64,000 bases of DNA from Pseudomonadota bacterium (GTDB lineage Bacteria; Bdellovibrionota_G; JALEGL01; DATDPG01): assembly GCA_043809315.1 (NCBI GenBank), contig JAZDDX010000017.1, positions 1 to 64,000 on the forward strand, given 5' to 3'. The position numbers and the translations under genes are program-made. Numbering within the stretch: the first letter of the stretch is position 1; each line of letters starts with the position of its first letter. Under the pieces are notes generated by a model. The model was not told the origin of the DNA and ran no database searches. It was given only the letters and a program-made list of their open reading frames with translations. Shown here piece by piece: positions 59,703-64,000 of the stretch.

Positions 59703-59860
59703 TGGCGGAGAGGGGGGGTATCGAAAATCCCCCCCTCAACGCCTCGGCATCGTTACCAAAACCAACGACATCAAACCGTTAGCTATCGAAACAATACCGC
59801 CCATTACCGTGAATTTCCGCCCGTAACGGCCATCTTGTTCCGCAGATGTTCCGCAAGAAG
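59703..59860 (-). repeat. att core copy 3 plus arm region of island C
   Basis: TGGCGGAGAGGGGGGG at 59703-59718 with a degenerate T-loop (TTTTCGATAC on the minus strand); TGTTCCGCA x2 at 59836-59855. Confidence 0.85.
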
Positions 59861-59949
59861 CTCATCCAAAAGTTCGCGAGGATCGTTCAATCACCCACTG
59901 CAAGGGAGTGAGTGACCTCTTTCAGTGGGTTCGGCCCCGCGCGCACGCA

Positions 59950-60067
59950 AAAACCAGAAGAGTTTCAAGATTCTTCTGGTTTTCGGGTCGTCGATCAAAA
60001 ATGCCCACCCCCCGCCCTCCACGAGGAAAGAATGGGAAGGGAGGAGCAGGCGGGGGGTGGGCATTTT
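59950..60067. repeat. Two inverted repeats
   Basis: AAAACCAGAAGA/TCTTCTGGTTTT (59950-59983); AAAATGCCCACCCCCCGCC/GGCGGGGGGTGGGCATTTT (59998-60067). Confidence 0.85.
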
Positions 60068-60111
60068 CTCCTACGACCTGCGCGCGGGGCCGGACTCGAG
60101 GTGGAAAGACT

Positions 60112-60762
60112 TCAATAAATAAAGGGGAAGAGCCGCTTGGTGTGGGACTGGTAATTCTTGTAGGTGTCGCCAAAGTGAGCCTTGAGAGCGATTTCTTCTA
60201 CATGAATGCGGAAGGCATAAGCGGGGACCATGGTTGCTAGCACGACAAGTAGACCAACGACGCTCTGAAGAAGGATGGAGATCCCCACCGCCATCATGAG
60301 TGCCCCCAAATAGCTCGGGTGTCGGATGAAACGGTACGGTCCGGACTGAATGAGGTGTTGGTCGTCCGCTGTCTGCACCATGGAAGTGAAAGCCGACCCG
60401 AGCATGCGGATTGACCAAAAACGGAGCAACGAACCAGCAGCGAGGACGCTGAGGCCAGAAAAAAGCGACCAAGCGGGCGCGCCCAGAAAGCGTTCTGGAT
60501 GAAATCGGAGATCGCCGACAGGAACGAGAAACATGAGAATTCCCGCGACATAAATGAATAGGCCGCTCTTCTGGTCCGAAAAACTCGGACGAACCATCTC
60601 TTTGGGCGAAGCCGGAGGCTTCATAACGTAGAGGAATATTCCTCCGGCGATCACTAGGAGGACCCGAGGGTTGACAAGAAGGTTCCAACGGCCAGACAAA
60701 GGAAGAACGATCAAAAGGGTCGTTAAACCAAGAGCTTGTGCGAGGGTAATAAGGAACCTCAT
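60112..60762 (-). CDS. Isoprenylcysteine carboxyl methyltransferase (ICMT/PEMT) family protein
   Basis: LIQSGPYRFIRHPSYLG, RIHVEE..L...FG..Y..Y......PFIY. Confidence 0.9.
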   Translation of the reverse strand: MRFLITLAQALGLTTLLIVLPLSGRWNLLVNPRVLLVIAGGIFLYVMKPPASPKEMVRPSFSDQKSGLFIYVAGILMFLVPVGDLRFHPERFLGAPAWSLFSGLSVLAAGSLLRFWSIRMLGSAFTSMVQTADDQHLIQSGPYRFIRHPSYLGALMMAVGISILLQSVVGLLVVLATMVPAYAFRIHVEEIALKAHFGDTYKNYQSHTKRLFPFIY

Positions 60763-60938
60763 CGGACCAGCCGAGAATAGCCGAGAGCCGGCGAGAGGGA
60801 GAGACTAAAGATGTCCCATGCCGTGGGTACTATTAGGCCCAGCAGAAAAGAAGAAAAACATAAAGAATAATGATATCAATAAGGTACATGCCGGTCGGGG
60901 GTTGGAATCTTGGCACGGCGCGTGTATTAATTTGAACG

Positions 60939-62957
60939 ATGACCGTGTCTGGCACAGAGCAGCGGAAGCATCGGCGGCAGACCGTTGCACCGGAGAACGC
61001 TGGGGCATCGGTAGATATCGGGGGAGTCCCGCGAAACGGGGTGCTCTTGAATTACTGCGGCGATGGCTTGGGCCTGATGGTGGAAGGCGCGAACCTCGAG
61101 GAACTCCTCCAAAGAAACAAAGGTCGTATCGGTATTCGGCTCGGGGAAGACTTGCTTCTGGGAACCGCACGATCGGTCCGCGCTGAAGCTTGGAAAGCAC
61201 GCGTGGGCGTTCGGATCGAAGAACAGAAGAACGATCTTTTTTTTCGATCGACCGATCTAAATTGGGATCTGATCGAAGACTCGGAAACAATCGCCACTCT
61301 CCTGGAAGACCTAACTTCATCCGGCGCTCGAGCGCCGATCGTAATTTCTCAGGGGAAGGTCTTTGGAAGCGGGATCTGGATAGGAGGAGTGAAGGATCCC
61401 TTCATCGCCGCTCAGGAGATCTCGACCCATTGGGTCCCGGGACCGATTCGTTGTGAACTGACTCTTTTTGGGATCTGCCATGTCTTTGACACGGTCTGTA
61501 CGGGAAAAGAGGGACAGCAACTCCGCGTCCAAGCGCCGACTCGTGTGGTCCGCCTTCTTCGACGGGAAACCGTGCGGGTTAGCGCAACGACAGCAGACGG
61601 GGTACGGGGAGTTCGCGTCGAACACCCCATTCTTGGCAAATCACAGAATAGAATTTCCGTTCTCGAACTGTCGGAAAAGGGTTTGCTGGTCCGGGATCCG
61701 AGCGAATGGATCCACGTGCCGGTGGGGGTGAGATTTCCACTGATGGCCGTGGAGTTGACGGACGGCGACGAGATTTTGGGGTCGGGGGAGGTTCGTGGAG
61801 GTCGTTTTCTCGCGACCGGGGAATATGCCGTCGGACTTCGGTTTACGCCGGCGACCTATGAGGCGAAGACGCGATGGCACAATTTTGTGCTCGGAATGCG
61901 GTACGCCGGCTTGCACTTCGAATACAAAGAATCGGACCACGGAAAGATATGGGAACTGTACGATCGAAGCGGATACCTCGACATGAAACCGCGCGAGTCG
62001 TTCACACCCTTAGTCGACGTGACGAAGCAAAGCTGGCGCTCGTTGTCCGAAGCCGGAACCGGCCTTGCCAAACGCTTGCTCATCCGAGCCGGGGAGAACG
62101 TCGTCGGGAATATGCAACTGGATCGGATCTATCCGAAGGCGTGGTGCGCGCACGGCCTGGCGATTGATCCTTCCGTTTCGAAGATCGTGGCCGGACAGAT
62201 CTATGCGGCCACCGCGGACATCCTCTCGGCCGAGGGAGCCTCGTACCTCTACACGATCACAAACGCGGATCTGGCCTGGAACCAACGGAACTACTACGAC
62301 TTTGTTCAACGCTATCCGTTTCCGGAGCACAACGAACTCCGGAAATTCTATCTTCATGAGGCCGATACAGCGAAGGGATGGGACCTCACCTCGCCGCCGG
62401 GGTTGGTGACGAAACCGGCAAGTTCTTACGACCTGCGAAGAATCGAACGGTACTTCGAAGTCCATGGCAGCGCGATCGAACGGGACGCGTTGGGTTTTGA
62501 TTTTGCGAATCTGACCATGGAATCTCTCGATCGCGAGCTCAAACCCCACGGGTTGGCACGACAGCGCTCGTTTCTGGTGGGAACCATGGGGGGGCGATTC
62601 GCCGGTTTTGCGATGGCTGAGACGGGAACCCTGGGAACCAGCTTGTTTGGAATGCAGTACACGCTTTACGTGCACGTGATGCCGGAGATGGGAGCCGATT
62701 CTCACGCCGTTTACGAAGGACTCCTTCGTGAAGGCCTGGAGCTTTACCGGCAGTGGGGGGTTCAAAACGTGAACGTGTACATGCAGGAATGCCGGCGGGA
62801 GCATTTCGAGGTCCGGGGATTGCGATACATCGAGGAGGCAATTCGGTGGATTTCCAACTGTGCCGCGACGCAGCGGTACACGGCCTTTTCGCAGATGATG
62901 TACGGGCATCTGATGTTACGGCGTGAGTTGCATAAGCAACGAACGCGAGAGAATTGA
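60939..62957 (+). CDS. Tandem PilZ-like domains fused to a C-terminal GNAT-like region
   Basis: RKHRR...NYCGDG and RETVR...ELSEKG...YAVGLRF; C-terminal LYDRSGY, WCAHGLA, 'acyltransferase-like' alpha/beta pattern (inferred). Confidence 0.65.
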   Translation: MTVSGTEQRKHRRQTVAPENAGASVDIGGVPRNGVLLNYCGDGLGLMVEGANLEELLQRNKGRIGIRLGEDLLLGTARSVRAEAWKARVGVRIEEQKNDLFFRSTDLNWDLIEDSETIATLLEDLTSSGARAPIVISQGKVFGSGIWIGGVKDPFIAAQEISTHWVPGPIRCELTLFGICHVFDTVCTGKEGQQLRVQAPTRVVRLLRRETVRVSATTADGVRGVRVEHPILGKSQNRISVLELSEKGLLVRDPSEWIHVPVGVRFPLMAVELTDGDEILGSGEVRGGRFLATGEYAVGLRFTPATYEAKTRWHNFVLGMRYAGLHFEYKESDHGKIWELYDRSGYLDMKPRESFTPLVDVTKQSWRSLSEAGTGLAKRLLIRAGENVVGNMQLDRIYPKAWCAHGLAIDPSVSKIVAGQIYAATADILSAEGASYLYTITNADLAWNQRNYYDFVQRYPFPEHNELRKFYLHEADTAKGWDLTSPPGLVTKPASSYDLRRIERYFEVHGSAIERDALGFDFANLTMESLDRELKPHGLARQRSFLVGTMGGRFAGFAMAETGTLGTSLFGMQYTLYVHVMPEMGADSHAVYEGLLREGLELYRQWGVQNVNVYMQECRREHFEVRGLRYIEEAIRWISNCAATQRYTAFSQMMYGHLMLRRELHKQRTREN

Positions 62958-62992
62958 TTTCCCAAGGATCGCCGTAGAGTAAACTCAGGAGG

Positions 62993-64000
62993 ATGCCGCG
63001 CCGGGGCAACCTCTTTGTCGAGATCACGTTTTGGGTCTGCCTGCTCGCCATTCTTGTCCCAAGGATCGCTCTGGAAGTAGCCGAACGCCGATTATCTTCG
63101 GCGGTGCGCGGAAGCTTGGAAAACGGATGGCGATTGTCGGGAAGCGGAGGGGGAGAGCAGGAGGTTGCGGTTCCGGGCGACCTAAGGCAGACGGGAAGTT
63201 CTTCACTGCATTGGATCTACAAGCGGTCAATCGATACGGCTGAGCTGCGTCGTTACGAACGCCCGGCGCTGGTTCTGGGCCGAATCGGTGATTCGGATTC
63301 CGTCGACTTGAGTGGATGTCGTATTGGAGCAACGGGGATCAACGCCAACGGTGGCCAGCGGGGGTACTGGTGGTCGGTCCTTAGGGTCTATGAGGTTCCG
63401 GATCGGTGCCTTCAAAGCCGCGGGCAACAAACCCTGCAGGTGAACGTGTGGAAGTGGTGGGGCTCCGGATTCGGCATTTTTTCGGGACCCGTGGGAATTG
63501 GGGAATATGAGGAGTTAGCGCCTTCAGCGCGTCTAGTTGAAGCGCTTCGATTTACGACACTTCTCGTTTTCGGATTCGTGCTTCTGGTGGTGTCGGCCTA
63601 TTACGGGTTCGTTTACTTCCTGGTTCCGGTCCGGACCCACAACGGGATCTTCGCCATAACCGCCGCGTTTCTGGGTGGATTCGAAATCCTCACAAGCACC
63701 TATCCGTTTCGGTGGATCGACCGTCCGTGGTTCTTCTATTGGTTTCTGTTAGCGAGCGCCGGAGGCAGCGCGGCCCTGACACTTCGTTTCTTGCAAGTGA
63801 GACTCGGCGCCTTGCCACGAAGGTTCGTTCGAGGCTTTGAAGCAATCACGATCGGCGCTGTAATTGTTGCTGCGGTCGGATTGCGCCCCGATTTTACCTA
63901 CCGAATCTATCTCATCTGGCAGGCGATCTTTATCCTCGGGTTCTTGGTCGCGTACGGTTTTGTCGTTCGGAGTTGGCTCAAAGGGAAACAATCCACGAAC
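62993..64000 (+). CDS. 7TM-DISM-type membrane receptor (extracellular carbohydrate-binding-like domain + TM helices), truncated by the window edge; not in the ORF track
   Basis: Translated by hand from ATG 62993, open to 64000: N-terminal TM, LVLGRIGDSDSV.LSG.RIGATG...RVYEVP...GIFSGPVGIG, then at least 5 TM helices. Confidence 0.7.
   Translation, partial: MPRRGNLFVEITFWVCLLAILVPRIALEVAERRLSSAVRGSLENGWRLSGSGGGEQEVAVPGDLRQTGSSSLHWIYKRSIDTAELRRYERPALVLGRIGDSDSVDLSGCRIGATGINANGGQRGYWWSVLRVYEVPDRCLQSRGQQTLQVNVWKWWGSGFGIFSGPVGIGEYEELAPSARLVEALRFTTLLVFGFVLLVVSAYYGFVYFLVPVRTHNGIFAITAAFLGGFEILTSTYPFRWIDRPWFFYWFLLASAGGSAALTLRFLQVRLGALPRRFVRGFEAITIGAVIVAAVGLRPDFTYRIYLIWQAIFILGFLVAYGFVVRSWLKGKQSTN

Larger units (their letters stand above)
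42890..59718. mobile_element. Island B: integrative element with rep, relaxase, xis, int and stress cargo
   Basis: 16-bp direct att repeats; ATGCAACCGAAA near both ends (43033, 58331); tyrosine integrase next to the right att. Confidence 0.85.

Noticed and set aside
42890-59718. Prophage or self-transmissible ICE
   Set aside because: No terminase, capsid, tail, VirB4 or coupling-protein genes inside the att repeats
59703-59745. Full tRNA-Ser gene at any att core
   Set aside because: Only the 3' acceptor/T-arm fragment is present; no matching GGAGAG 5' strand, D-arm or anticodon arm at the proper distance
60833-60889. Minus-strand 18-aa ORF MYLIDIIILYVFLLFCWA as a CaaX-like substrate of the ICMT
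   Set aside because: No SD, Cys is third from the end, no prenyltransferase nearby, and T-rich promoter DNA readily yields hydrophobic ORFs
60910-60926. Sigma-54 promoter TTGGCACGGCGCGTGTA before the PilZ gene
   Set aside because: Good -24 element but the -12 reads GT instead of GC; not called

Overview
This is a GC-rich bacterial window from a diderm (it encodes TolC proteins, a porin and lipoproteins, and has sigma-54 promoters); a deltaproteobacteria-like host is my inference. About 1-32.9 kb looks mostly chromosomal. It holds Ig-fold surface lipoproteins flanking a TMTC-like glycosyltransferase and a Dlt-like adenylation/MBOAT/carrier-protein operon, plus Pit/DUF47, Crp/Fnr, an ATP-cone-nuclease, SRAP, ABC-2, a TetR-controlled RND + MacAB double-TolC operon, a TA pair, an O-methyltransferase and CorA. 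From 32,986 onward the sequence is a tandem array of islands, separated by three copies of a 16-bp repeat that is the reverse complement of a tRNA-Ser 3' end (32986, 42890, 59703). Island A is a complete Pho/Pst phosphate island with no integrase. Island B is a ~16.8-kb element with a lambda-O-like initiator and internal iterons, a Replic_Relax (MOB_C-like) relaxase, Xis/Int and trehalose/ion-homeostasis cargo; an ISL3 sits in its att arm. Island C runs off the right edge and carries an ICMT-like methyltransferase, a PilZ-GNAT-like protein and a 7TM-DISM receptor. The left edge carries a second Replic_Relax gene and a tRNA-Ser-type att end that is homologous, in inverted orientation, to the end of island C. 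No intact tRNA, rRNA or CRISPR array was seen. All family calls come from motif recognition by eye, not from database searches.
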